Assembly: GCA_040768745.1 (NCBI GenBank)
Contig: JAXGMI010000002.1
Coordinates: 128,001 to 192,000 of the forward strand
Source of the DNA: Desulfomicrobium sp.
GTDB taxonomy: Bacteria > Desulfobacterota > Desulfovibrionia > Desulfovibrionales > Desulfomicrobiaceae
Length of the DNA stretch: 64,000 bases
Direction of reading: 5' to 3'
The notes beneath the pieces were generated by a model that had not been told where the DNA came from, ran no database searches, and worked only from the letters and a program-made list of their open reading frames with translations. The translations under genes and the position numbers were made by a program. Of this stretch, positions 51,598 through 61,300 are shown in pieces (the stretch's first letter is position 1; each line of letters begins with the position of its first letter).

Positions 51598-51601
51598 GCC
51601 G

Positions 51602-51631
51602 AAAAAAAGCCTCCCCGGCGGGGGAGGCTTC
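51602..51631. terminator. Terminator hairpin between convergent KamA-like and liv genes
   Basis: A7-GCCTCCCC-loop-GGGGAGGC-TT. Confidence 0.7.
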
Positions 51632-51663
51632 GTGTCTCTCTGGAGTGCCCAACAGTCAAGGTG

Positions 51664-52821
51664 TCACTTGGCCATGACAAACTTGCCATTCTTGACCTGG
51701 ACCATGACCATGGAATCGACACCCAAACCGTTGTGGTCCTCTGGAGTCAGGTTGTAGGTGCCGGAAATGCCCACATAGTTCGTGGTCTTCTGGATGGCTG
51801 CGCGCAGGGCCTCAGGCTCGGTGCCCGCCGCCTTGATGGCATTGACCACAATCATGATGGCGTCCCAGGCATAGCCCGAATGGGTGTTGATGGGGAACTG
51901 CTTGTCGTAGCCCTTTTCGGTGTACAGCTTGATAAACTCCTTGATGACGGGCTTCTGCGGATCCGTGTCAGGAAGTTCGTCGGCCACCATGAGCTTGGTG
52001 GCGGGCATCAGATTGTCTTCGGCCGCGGGTCCGGCCAGCTCGATGTATTCGGGGGAAGGCTGTCCGTGGCATTGGAACATGGGCAGGTCGATGCCCAGCT
52101 GGGCTCTGTTCTTGGCCGCGATGGGCCCGGCCGGGCCCGTGGTCCAGACCACCAGGGCCTGGGGGGAGGCGTTCTTGGCCTTGGTCAGCTGGGCGGTCAT
52201 GTCCGTGTCCCGTGCGCCAAAGGATTCCTTGCTGACCAGCTCGATTCCGAATTGCGGACCCAGCTCTTCCATCCAGCGCAGTCCATCCTTGCCGAACCCG
52301 TCGTCAGCCGAAAGCAGGGCGATCTTGGTCAGCTTTTTTTCCTTCAGGTACATGAACAGGCGCTCCACAGCAGTCTTGGAGCGCTGGGGTGACTTGAAGA
52401 CCCAGTCGAAGGGGCCGAATTTGCCGCCCATGATGACCGGGTCCCCACCAACGGTCATGACGATGGGAGTCTTTCCCTCGTGCGCGATTTTTTTGACGTT
52501 CATGCCCGTGTCGGTCAGTGTCGGCCCGATGATGGCCACGACCTTGTCCTTGTGGATGAACTTGGTGGCAATGTTGGCCGCCTTGGCAGGATCGCCTTCG
52601 GTATCGCCAATGACGAGTTCCAGCTTTTTGCCGTTGATGCCTCCTTCGGCATTGAGCTTGTCCACGACCATCTCGGCTACCAGCTTGGTGGGTGTGCCGA
52701 TGACGGATGCGCGCCCCGACAGGTCGAAAAAGGCACCCAGTTTGATGGTGTCCGCCGCCAGGGCCGGTGCTGACAGCAGCACAAGGCCGGTCAGAATTCC
52801 AAAAATCGTGCGCATGTCCAT
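51664..52821 (-). CDS. Branched-chain amino acid-type ABC substrate-binding protein (LivK-like)
   Basis: Signal peptide, IKLG...LSG, GGINGKKLELV, DHNGL C-terminus. Confidence 0.9.
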   Translation of the reverse strand: MDMRTIFGILTGLVLLSAPALAADTIKLGAFFDLSGRASVIGTPTKLVAEMVVDKLNAEGGINGKKLELVIGDTEGDPAKAANIATKFIHKDKVVAIIGPTLTDTGMNVKKIAHEGKTPIVMTVGGDPVIMGGKFGPFDWVFKSPQRSKTAVERLFMYLKEKKLTKIALLSADDGFGKDGLRWMEELGPQFGIELVSKESFGARDTDMTAQLTKAKNASPQALVVWTTGPAGPIAAKNRAQLGIDLPMFQCHGQPSPEYIELAGPAAEDNLMPATKLMVADELPDTDPQKPVIKEFIKLYTEKGYDKQFPINTHSGYAWDAIMIVVNAIKAAGTEPEALRAAIQKTTNYVGISGTYNLTPEDHNGLGVDSMVMVQVKNGKFVMAK

Positions 52822-52868
52822 CTCTCCTCTGCTCTTGGTTGAGGTGATGAAGGGTTCAGCCTTGCCAA

Positions 52869-54956
52869 CTACACAATCTCATCCTGGATCCTGCTGTCGA
52901 AAACCCGCTGGCTCTTGCGTTCCGAGCGGGGCAGGCTGCCGTAGTCCACGATCTCGATGTCTGCCGTGACCAGCAGTTGCCGCTTGATCTGGTGCCCGGC
53001 CTCGTGGATCAGCTCGGGAGTGCGGCTTGCCTGCACGCCCTGGGCCCGCTCCACCACCAGGCGCATGTGTTCCCGGCCACTGCTGTCCCGGGTCAGATGG
53101 ATCTGGTACTCGGATCCCATGCCCGGCACAGACGAAAGAATGGTATCCACCGAACTGGGATAGATGTTCACCCCCCGGAACTTGATGGTGTCGTCGGAAC
53201 GGCCCCGGATGCGCGAGTGTTTGGGCATGAGGCTTCCGCACGTGCAGGGGCCGGGGATGATGCGGGTGATGTCCCGGGTGCGGTAGCGGATGAGGGGAGA
53301 CCCTTCCTTGCACAGGGAAGTGACCACCATTTCCCCCCATTCCCCGTCGGGCAGGGGTTGCAGGGTGTCCGGATCGAGGATCTCCAGCAGGTAGTAGTCC
53401 CCCCAGTAATGGATGCAATCGTGGTCAGGGCATTCTATGCCTGCCCCGGGACCGTAGAGTTCGGTCAGGCCGGTGATGTCGAAGAGTTCTGCCCCGCCGA
53501 AGAGCTCGGAAATTTTCCTGCGCATGCTGCGGCTGGAACGCTCGGATCCATAGATGATCTTCCGCACGGCGATCTTGTCGGCAACTCCGCGTTTGTGGAT
53601 CTCTTCGGCCATGAGCAGGGCCATGGAGGCCGTGGAGCAGAACACTGTGGATTGGAAGTCGAGCAGAAACTGGATCTGCATGTCGATGTTGCCTGGACCC
53701 ACAGGCACGGACAGAGCCCCGATTTTTTCGCATCCGAGTTGGAAGCCCATACCCGCTGTCCACACCCCATAGCCCACGGCCACCTGGACCCGGTCCAGGA
53801 CCGTGACCCCGGCCATTTGATAGCACCGGGCGAACATGTCGGTCCAGTCGTCCAGGTCCTTCTGGGTGTAGCAGAGAACCTTGCGCTTGCCCGTGGTCCC
53901 GGAACTGGCGTGGACGCGCACGAGCTGTTCGAAGGGCACGCTGCGCAGGGGAAAGGGATATCCGTCCCGGAGGTCCTCGGTGGTGGTGAAGGGCAGGCGC
54001 TGCAGGTCCTCCAGGGTGTGGATGGAATCAGGCCTGATACCGGCGGCATCGAGCTTGGCGCGGTAGGCCGAAGAGCCTTCATAGGCGTGTCGGACTGTCC
54101 ATTGCAGGCCCTGAATTTGGTGGGCACGCAGATCCTCGGCAGTTTTGAAGGTGGGCAGGAAGTTTTTGTTGTGCATTGCGGGTTTCTCCAGACGGATATT
54201 GGTCAGGCCGGCCGCCCCCAGGCGGCTGGAAGCGGGATTGTCGTGACTGGCCGCGCCCAGGAAGGCTGCGCGCAGGGTCGGATCAATGAGCAGGTCGCGG
54301 CTTTTGCCGTGCTCGACGATCCTTCCTCCGGCCAGCAGATAGGCCGTGTCCGAGGCCGAAAGGGCCCTGGCCGCGTTCTGCTCGACAATGAGGATGGTCG
54401 CCCCAGCCCGGCCCAGTTGATGGATGATGGAAAAAATTTCATCGGTGATGAGCGGGGCCAGGCCCAGGCTCGGTTCGTCCAGGAGGAGCAGCCGGGGATG
54501 GGCCATCAGCGCCCGGCCCATGGCCAGCATCTGCTGCTCGCCTCCGGACAGGGTCCCTGCCGTCTGTTGGCGCCGGTCCCTGAGTTTGGGGAAGCGGCCA
54601 AAGACCTCCTCCACGCGCCGGGCCTCTTCGGCCGAGGGCAGTTTCAGGGGAATGGCCCCGAGGCGCAGGTTGTCCAGAACAGACAGGGTGCCGAACACCT
54701 CCCGCCCCTCGGGCGAAAGGGCCAAGCCGGACTGGACCATGCGGGCCGGGGGCGCACCGGTCACGGCCGTGCCGTCCAGCAGAATCTCGCCGCCAGATGG
54801 CTTGACCAGGCCCATGAGACATTTGAGCAGGGTGCTCTTGCCCGCCCCGTTGGCTCCGACCAGGGCCACGGTTTCCCCGGCCCGCACCTCCATGTCGATG
54901 CCGAATAGGGCCTGGGCCGCACCGTAATGGGCTGTAAGGTTTCGTATGCTCAGCAT
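52869..54956 (-). CDS. Fusion of LivF-type ABC ATPase and phenylacetate-CoA ligase (PaaK-like)
   Basis: N-terminus has GANGAGKST, LSGGEQQM and LDEPSLGLAP. C-terminus (52869-54176) has HASSGTTGK, GLTE, PLIRYRTRD, GRSDD and RGVNIYP. There is no stop between them. Confidence 0.85.
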   Translation of the reverse strand: MLSIRNLTAHYGAAQALFGIDMEVRAGETVALVGANGAGKSTLLKCLMGLVKPSGGEILLDGTAVTGAPPARMVQSGLALSPEGREVFGTLSVLDNLRLGAIPLKLPSAEEARRVEEVFGRFPKLRDRRQQTAGTLSGGEQQMLAMGRALMAHPRLLLLDEPSLGLAPLITDEIFSIIHQLGRAGATILIVEQNAARALSASDTAYLLAGGRIVEHGKSRDLLIDPTLRAAFLGAASHDNPASSRLGAAGLTNIRLEKPAMHNKNFLPTFKTAEDLRAHQIQGLQWTVRHAYEGSSAYRAKLDAAGIRPDSIHTLEDLQRLPFTTTEDLRDGYPFPLRSVPFEQLVRVHASSGTTGKRKVLCYTQKDLDDWTDMFARCYQMAGVTVLDRVQVAVGYGVWTAGMGFQLGCEKIGALSVPVGPGNIDMQIQFLLDFQSTVFCSTASMALLMAEEIHKRGVADKIAVRKIIYGSERSSRSMRRKISELFGGAELFDITGLTELYGPGAGIECPDHDCIHYWGDYYLLEILDPDTLQPLPDGEWGEMVVTSLCKEGSPLIRYRTRDITRIIPGPCTCGSLMPKHSRIRGRSDDTIKFRGVNIYPSSVDTILSSVPGMGSEYQIHLTRDSSGREHMRLVVERAQGVQASRTPELIHEAGHQIKRQLLVTADIEIVDYGSLPRSERKSQRVFDSRIQDEIV

Positions 54957-55720
54957 CAGGCCGTGGCCTCCATGCGTCCCAGGTATGCTTCAAGCACCAG
55001 GGGATTTCTGCGGACCTCGTCCGGGGTGCCCGTAGCGATGCACTGCCCGCTGTCCAGAACCACGACGTGGTCGGCGATGTTCATGACCAGATCCATGTCA
55101 TGTTCAATCAGCAGAATGGTCTGTCCGGCCCGGCGCAGGGTGCGCAGCTGTTCGCCCACAGAAGCCGTTTCCTCGGCGTTGAGGCCGGCCACGGGCTCGT
55201 CCAGGAGAAGCAGCCGTGGATTGCCCACAGTGGCCCGGGCCAGTTCAACCCGTTTCTTGTCGCCGTAGGCCAGGACAGCCGCAGGCCAGCCCGCTTTGTC
55301 GGACAGGCCGAAGCGGTCCATGGCCTCCAGGGCCCGCAGCCTGAGCTGCCGTTCCCGATGGCGCAGAACCGGCAGGCGGAGCATGGCCATGCACATGGAC
55401 GTCCCACCTTCGCAGGTCAGCCCGGTGAGCACATTGTCCAGCACAGAGAGGCGAGGGAAGAGACGCAGATTCTGGAAGGTGCGGGTGATACCCAGGTGGG
55501 CGATGCGGTGAGCGGGCAGGCCGGAGATATCCACGCTCTCGAAATGAACCGACCCGCTGGTGGGGGGCAGCAAGCCGGTGACGCAGTTGATGAGCGTGCT
55601 CTTGCCTGCCCCATTGGGGCCGATGAGTGCTGTCAGACGCCCTTTCGGCACTCCGAAGGTGACGCTCTGGAGCGCCGGGAGCCCGCCGAAATTCTTGCTG
55701 ACCCCATCAAGCTGGAGCAT
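54956..55720 (-). CDS. livG: ABC ATPase LivG
   Basis: GPNGAGKST, RTFQN, LAYGDKKRVE, IEHDM, EAYLG. Confidence 0.88.
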   Translation of the reverse strand: MLQLDGVSKNFGGLPALQSVTFGVPKGRLTALIGPNGAGKSTLINCVTGLLPPTSGSVHFESVDISGLPAHRIAHLGITRTFQNLRLFPRLSVLDNVLTGLTCEGGTSMCMAMLRLPVLRHRERQLRLRALEAMDRFGLSDKAGWPAAVLAYGDKKRVELARATVGNPRLLLLDEPVAGLNAEETASVGEQLRTLRRAGQTILLIEHDMDLVMNIADHVVVLDSGQCIATGTPDEVRRNPLVLEAYLGRMEATA

Positions 55721-56705
55721 GCTCCCTCCTCCGCAACGCCAGCTTGATGCGGATGGCGTCCACGATACCCGTGATCAGGCCTTGGGGCAGGAACATGAGA
55801 ACCAGGACCAGGACGCCGCCGTGGACGAAATCCTTGTAGGTTTCGAACCAGTCCATCCATTCCGGGAGCAGGGTCAGAAATGCAGCGCCGAACAGTGAGC
55901 CCCAGATGGAACCCATGCCTCCGATCACGACCATGATGACCATGTCCGTGGAGGTGAAGATGCCGAAGGTGTCCGGACTGACATAGCAGAAGCAGTGGGC
56001 AAAGAGACTCCCGGCCAGGGCTGCCAGGACGGCCGAAAGAATGAAGATCTTGACCTTGGCCGTACGGGTGTCCACGCCCAGACTCGCAGCCGCGGTCTCA
56101 TCCCCGGCCAGGGCGGCCAAACCCCGGCCCACTCCGCTGCGAACCAGATTCAGGGACAGCAGCAGGCAGAGCATGGCGAATGTCCAGAGCAGATAGTGCA
56201 GTCGAAGGGGCGTGTCGAACGCGAATGTGCCGAGGTTCAAGGACGGAATGCCTGCGAATCCGCTCGGCCCGCCCGTGACTTCGTCCCACTGCAGGAGAAC
56301 TGTGTGCACGACGTAGTTCAGGCCCAGTGTGGCCATGGCCAGGTAGTGCCCTGACAGACGCAGGACCGGAATGCCCACAGCCAGGGCTACCAGGGCCACC
56401 AGTCCGGCCACCAGAAACATGGCTGGCCAGGGCGGCAGCCCGAAAGTCACCGTGGCGATGGCCGACCCATATGCCCCGAGCCCGAAAAAAGCGGCGTGGC
56501 CAAGGGAGATCTGCCCGGCATAGCCGATGAAGAGATTGAGGCCCAGGACCACGATGGCGTTGATGGCGATGAGGTTTGTCAGACCCAGGGTATAGGGATT
56601 GCTGTCCAGGAAAGGGAAAAGGATCAGGGCAAGGGCCAGGACTGTCACGCTCAACCCGGTTCGGTGCAGGGACAGAAAGTAGAGGATGTGCTGTTTGCCG
56701 GTCAT
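55707..56705 (-). CDS. livM: ABC permease LivM
   Basis: GYAGQISLGHAAFFG, YLAMATL, GGMGS, PQGL. Confidence 0.88.
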   Translation of the reverse strand: MTGKQHILYFLSLHRTGLSVTVLALALILFPFLDSNPYTLGLTNLIAINAIVVLGLNLFIGYAGQISLGHAAFFGLGAYGSAIATVTFGLPPWPAMFLVAGLVALVALAVGIPVLRLSGHYLAMATLGLNYVVHTVLLQWDEVTGGPSGFAGIPSLNLGTFAFDTPLRLHYLLWTFAMLCLLLSLNLVRSGVGRGLAALAGDETAAASLGVDTRTAKVKIFILSAVLAALAGSLFAHCFCYVSPDTFGIFTSTDMVIMVVIGGMGSIWGSLFGAAFLTLLPEWMDWFETYKDFVHGGVLVLVLMFLPQGLITGIVDAIRIKLALRRREHAPA

Positions 56706-56820
56706 GGAATTCCTTGTTGCCTGTCATCGGCCGGGTGGGGCGGCGGTGCCGGAAAAGTATAATCGATTTGTCCGGGGGTAAAGTCCGGAAATTTGTGTCT
56801 CATGTGAAGCGCGTCTTGCC

Positions 56821-56973
56821 GGGGTGGGCTTTCCACCCGCCTAAACTACTGCACCGGCCTTGTAACGTTGAACCATTGCCTGCCTCGATGACGCGGTCGT
56901 TCGCGTTGCGGGCAACGGTTCAACGAACGATGCCTGGCTCAGTCAGACAGTCGGCGGGCGGAAAGCCCACCCC
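56821..56973. repeat. Nested inverted-repeat (REP/REPIN-like) element
   Basis: Outer arms GGGGTGGGCTTTCCACCCGCC and GGCGGGCGGAAAGCCCACCCC (20/21); inner arms 56866-56883 and 56908-56925 (16/18). Confidence 0.8.
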
Positions 56974-57113
56974 AGCAATCCTTTGAGCACGTCCCGACGA
57001 CGGAGACCTGTCATGAGAAAGAACTCAGATGATATTAATGCCAAAAATCGCGGAAGATTCTTTGTCTGTTTGCCCTCCGTGTTGCCGGAACAGGCCCGGC
57101 CAGGAAGAAAGAC

Positions 57114-57191
57114 ATGGATTCTCCCCTTTGCGGGAATGACGCAACACCCGGACGTCACACAGATGTCATTCCCGCGAAGGCGGGAATCCAT
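57114..57191. repeat. Palindromic element with dRS3/RPE-like core
   Basis: 27-bp arms (24/27 match). The right arm contains ATTCCC-N8-GGGAAT. It translates to the MDSRLRGND and VIPAKG motifs. Confidence 0.85.
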
Positions 57192-57280
57192 CTTCGAGCC
57201 ATTGACAATTCGGATTTGTTGCAGGCGCTTCGGCAAAAAAATCAAGCAACACATGAGAACAGCCTGTAGCCCGAGGCATC

Positions 57281-58141
57281 CTATTTCCCCAGCAGACCCT
57301 TGGGGCGCACAAAGAGTACCAGCAGCAGGACCACGAAAGCCACCACGTCTTTGTAGGCGCTGGACAGGTATCCAGCGGACAGGGACTCGAGCAGTCCCAG
57401 GCCCAGACCACCGAGGATGGCTCCGGGGAAGGATCCGAAACCGCCCAGGATGGCGGCTGCAAAGCCCTTGAGCCCCATGAGCACGCCCACGTCATAGTTC
57501 AGAGTGGTGATGGGTGTAACCAGCACTCCGGCCAGGCCGCCCAGGGCTCCGGCAATGGCATAGCTGGCCAGACGGACGCGTCCTGCGGCAATGCCGACCA
57601 CGGCAGCTGCCGTGGGATTGGACGCAACTGCCCGCATGGACAGACCGAGGGCGGTTTTGCGGAAAAACCAAGTCAACACGACGATGGCCACCATGGTCAA
57701 TCCCAGAATCCACAAGGCCTGGGGCAAAAAACTCGCGCCGAGGATCTGGACGGGGACGTCCTGCGTCAAAGGCGGAAGGGCCATGCGGTTCTTGCCCCAG
57801 ACGGCCTTGATGATTCCTCGCAGGATGATGGACAGGCCCACGGTCAGGAATGTGAGGACCAGATGATCGGCCGTGCGTGCCGGCCGAAGGCCCAGACGCT
57901 CCACGACCATGGCCACGGTGGCCACGGCGCAGACAGCCAGGACCAAAGCCGGAATGGTGGGGAGGCCCAAGGCAAACAGGGCCGAGAACATGAACATGCC
58001 GCCCAGGGTGACGAAATCGACCTGGATGAAGTTGACGATGCCCATGGTGTTGCTGACCACGCAAAAACCAATGGCAATCAGGGCGTATATGGCTCCGCTG
58101 GTCAAGCCCCCGAAGAGATATTGCAGGAGATCGGTGTACAA
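57281..58141 (-). CDS. livH: ABC permease LivH
   Basis: GAIYALIAIGF, MRAVASN, KGFAAAILGG, RPKGLLG; TTG start. Confidence 0.88.
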   Translation of the reverse strand: MYTDLLQYLFGGLTSGAIYALIAIGFCVVSNTMGIVNFIQVDFVTLGGMFMFSALFALGLPTIPALVLAVCAVATVAMVVERLGLRPARTADHLVLTFLTVGLSIILRGIIKAVWGKNRMALPPLTQDVPVQILGASFLPQALWILGLTMVAIVVLTWFFRKTALGLSMRAVASNPTAAAVVGIAAGRVRLASYAIAGALGGLAGVLVTPITTLNYDVGVLMGLKGFAAAILGGFGSFPGAILGGLGLGLLESLSAGYLSSAYKDVVAFVVLLLVLFVRPKGLLGK

Positions 58142-58315
58142 AAAGTTTCCAACTGCTTGAAATTTCGAGATCGCGAACCATAGTCGAGATGAGGGTGAAT
58201 TTCAAGGACAGGGAAAGCCCCCTGCGTGGGAGAAAGAGGTGGCTGCCCGCCGTTAATGCGGCCAGGTTCGGACAGATGCGCAGGCCGGGTCGGGACACTC
58301 ACAGCCGATGAAGAC

Positions 58316-61300
58316 CTACTCCGGTTTGATGCCCGCGCTGGAGGCCGGGATGATCTTCACGAATCGAGTTTTGGCCTCATCGGCCAGAATCTGCACCGAT
58401 TCTGCCTCCCCGTTCTGGAAGCTGCCATGCAGGGCCGCAATGTACTTTCCGAGCAGTCCCTTCACCTGGACCTCGTCATCCTCGTCCAGTCCGCGGATGA
58501 CCACATGGGCTCCCCGGGCGAGGCGGCGGGTCAGGTTCTCGCGGCCGAAATTGAACTCAGGATACAGACACTGGTAGATGACGCCGCCTGTCATGCCCGC
58601 GCAGAGCCACGGCCCGGGATCGCCCAGGACCACGGCCCGGCCTCCGGTCATGTATTCGAAGGCGAAGCCCTTCAAGTGGGATCGCGAGGCAAGGTTGCCC
58701 AGATCGTCGCGGACCGGGGCGGTGATGCGTCCCCCGAAGATGGCGTCGGCTCCGGACATGCGTATGCAGGCCCGGGAGTCAGCCTGGTTCTGGACCATGA
58801 TCACACCGCTCAAAGCCCCATAGGCCAGGGATTTGCCGACGGATCCATCCACTCGCTGGCCCAGGATGTTGGCCCCTTTGAGAACGCAGACCAACCCGCC
58901 CTGGGCACCCTTGGCGATGCCATCCTGTCCACCGCCCTCGACCACCGTGCCGATACCATCCACGTTGAAGGCGCAAAGGCCGTTGCCCGGCACGGAGGAG
59001 GTCAGCAGAACGTCAACCTTGCCTCCGGCTGCCTTTGCCTCGCGGACCATGGCGCCGGCCAGATACGTGCCCACGGCCCGATCCACAGAGCGGACATTTT
59101 CCTCCTTGTACTGCACGTAGCCACAGCCCGCCATGAAACTGCTCATGGACAGGTCGGAGATGAGCCGGGTCAGATTGTCCAGGGGTTTTCTGGTGATGCG
59201 TGGCACAGGGCAGTAGGCCTTTTCTTCGTTCCTGGAAGCGGGCGAGAGCAGCTCCGTCAGGTCGATGCGGTCCAGTCCGCGGGTCTGGCGCAGCAAATCG
59301 GTCCGTCCCACCAGTTCGGTCAGGTTCCGTTCGCCCATGCCCGCCAGGATCCTCCGGATCTGATCGCCAAAGGCGCGCAGCAGCCTGGTCAGGTTTTCCG
59401 CCTCCACCGCCGGAAGCAGGGGTCTGAACAGTTTCACGCCCCGGGCGACCGCCTCTTCCGCCGTTCGGATCTGGGTCGAGATGCCGCGTGGACAGATGTC
59501 CAGATGGCACTGCTCGCAGCTGATGCATCCGACACCCATGAGGGCCACGGTGCCGATGCCGACACGGTTGGCCCCCAGGCAGATGAGCTTGACCACGTCC
59601 GCCCCAGATCTCACCCCTCCGTCGCACCACAGTTCCACCTGTTGCCGCAGGCCCGCCTCGGTCAGACCCCGGTGGGCCTGGGACACGCCGATCTCAACCG
59701 GCAGGCCGACATATTTCTTGGCGTGCTCCCTGGCCGCTCCTGTTCCGCCCTCGAATCCGCTGACGTTGACAACGTGCGCACCGGCCTTGGCCACGCCCAC
59801 GACAATGGTGGCCACGCCGCTGGTGACCGGAATCTTGACGGAAATGCGCGCCCCGGGGTTGGCCGTTTTCAGTTCAGTGATGATCTGACAGAGATCCTCA
59901 ATGGAGTAGATGTCATGGTGGTTGGAGGGGGAAATGAGGGCGATGCCCGGTTTGCAATGCCGCGCCTGGGCGACCATGGGAGTGACCTTGGAGCCTGGGA
60001 GATGGCCGCCTTCTCCGGGCTTGGCCCCCTGGCCGACCTTGATTTCCAGATATCGGGCGGAATTGAGCAGTTCCATGGACACGCCGAACCGGCCCGAGGC
60101 AACCTGCTGCCCACGGTTTTCCATGTATTTGCCGAGCATGTCCGGGATTTCCCCGCCCTCCCCATTCATGCAGATGATATTCGCCTTGCGGGCTGCCTCG
60201 GCATAGGCCCGGAAGGAATTTTCCCCCTGGGAGCCGAATGACATGGCCGAGATCAGCAGGGGCATGGCATGGCCTCCAATGGAAGTGTCCACGGATTCCA
60301 GGGGTAAGGGATCGGGGTGAAAGGAGGAAAAATCCAGCAGATGCCTGATCCCCACCGGATTTTCGGCGTCCAGTGCGGCCAGGGACTCGGCCATCTGCAC
60401 ATAGCCGGTCTTGCCTTCAGCCACGGAGCGCAAAATTTTTCCCACTTTGGCATTGCGCTTGGGCTCGGCGTAGAGCTTGCGCTCTTCGCCTTCCAGGACG
60501 AGAGCCAATCGGCGCCGACCCTGTTCCTCCAGCTCCACAAAACTCAATCCGGCAGTGACCGAGGAACAAAAATTGGCGCATCCGAACACTTCCTCCAAAT
60601 CCCTCTGCAGGCCAATGGATGCGAAGATGCGGCCATAACCGCACAGCTCGTGGATGCCCATGGTGGACATGACCTTCTCCACCCCGGTCTGCAAGGCCAT
60701 GAGGGTGTTGGACAGGGTCCTGTAGAGCCTGTCGGCGCTTTCGGCCTGGGCATAGGCCTGTTTCCAGAGCATGTACGGATTCACTGCTGCAGCCCCCAGA
60801 CCGAGGAGGAACATGATGTCGTGCAGGTTGCGGATGGCACCGCTGCGCACGATGACGGAGGGCAGGCGGGGAAGCCGCCCTTTTTCTGCGGCACGGGCCA
60901 GCCACGCCACGGCCAGGCCGGGATCGATAAAGACACGGCCATCGACGAAGCTTGCACAGTCGTCGAGGACCACCAGGGCTGCTCCCTCCTGGATGGATCG
61001 TCCGACTTCCGCCTCCAGCTGGCGGAGACGGGAGACCAAGCCCTGGTCCGGAACAAAGGTCGCATCAAGGATGGCGATGCGGCCCGGGTCGTGTTGCTGG
61101 GCCGTGAAGAAGTCCAGGACTTGTTCCAGGGTGTGGGTGCCGTGCTCCCGGCAGAGGGACAGAATGTCCAGGGAGGACAGGGCAGGGGAGAATTCGCCGC
61201 CGAGCAGGATGGGCGTCTCCAGACGCAGGGCCACGGGACTGGGTCGGCTGTCCGGCCGATCTCCCAGGATCACGGCGGTGGAGAAATGCTCGGCCTCGCG

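Noticed and set aside
56943..57254. 103-aa ORF in the livH-livM gap
   Set aside because: It is largely a translation of palindromic repeats (MDSRLRGND, VIPAKG), with no coding evidence.
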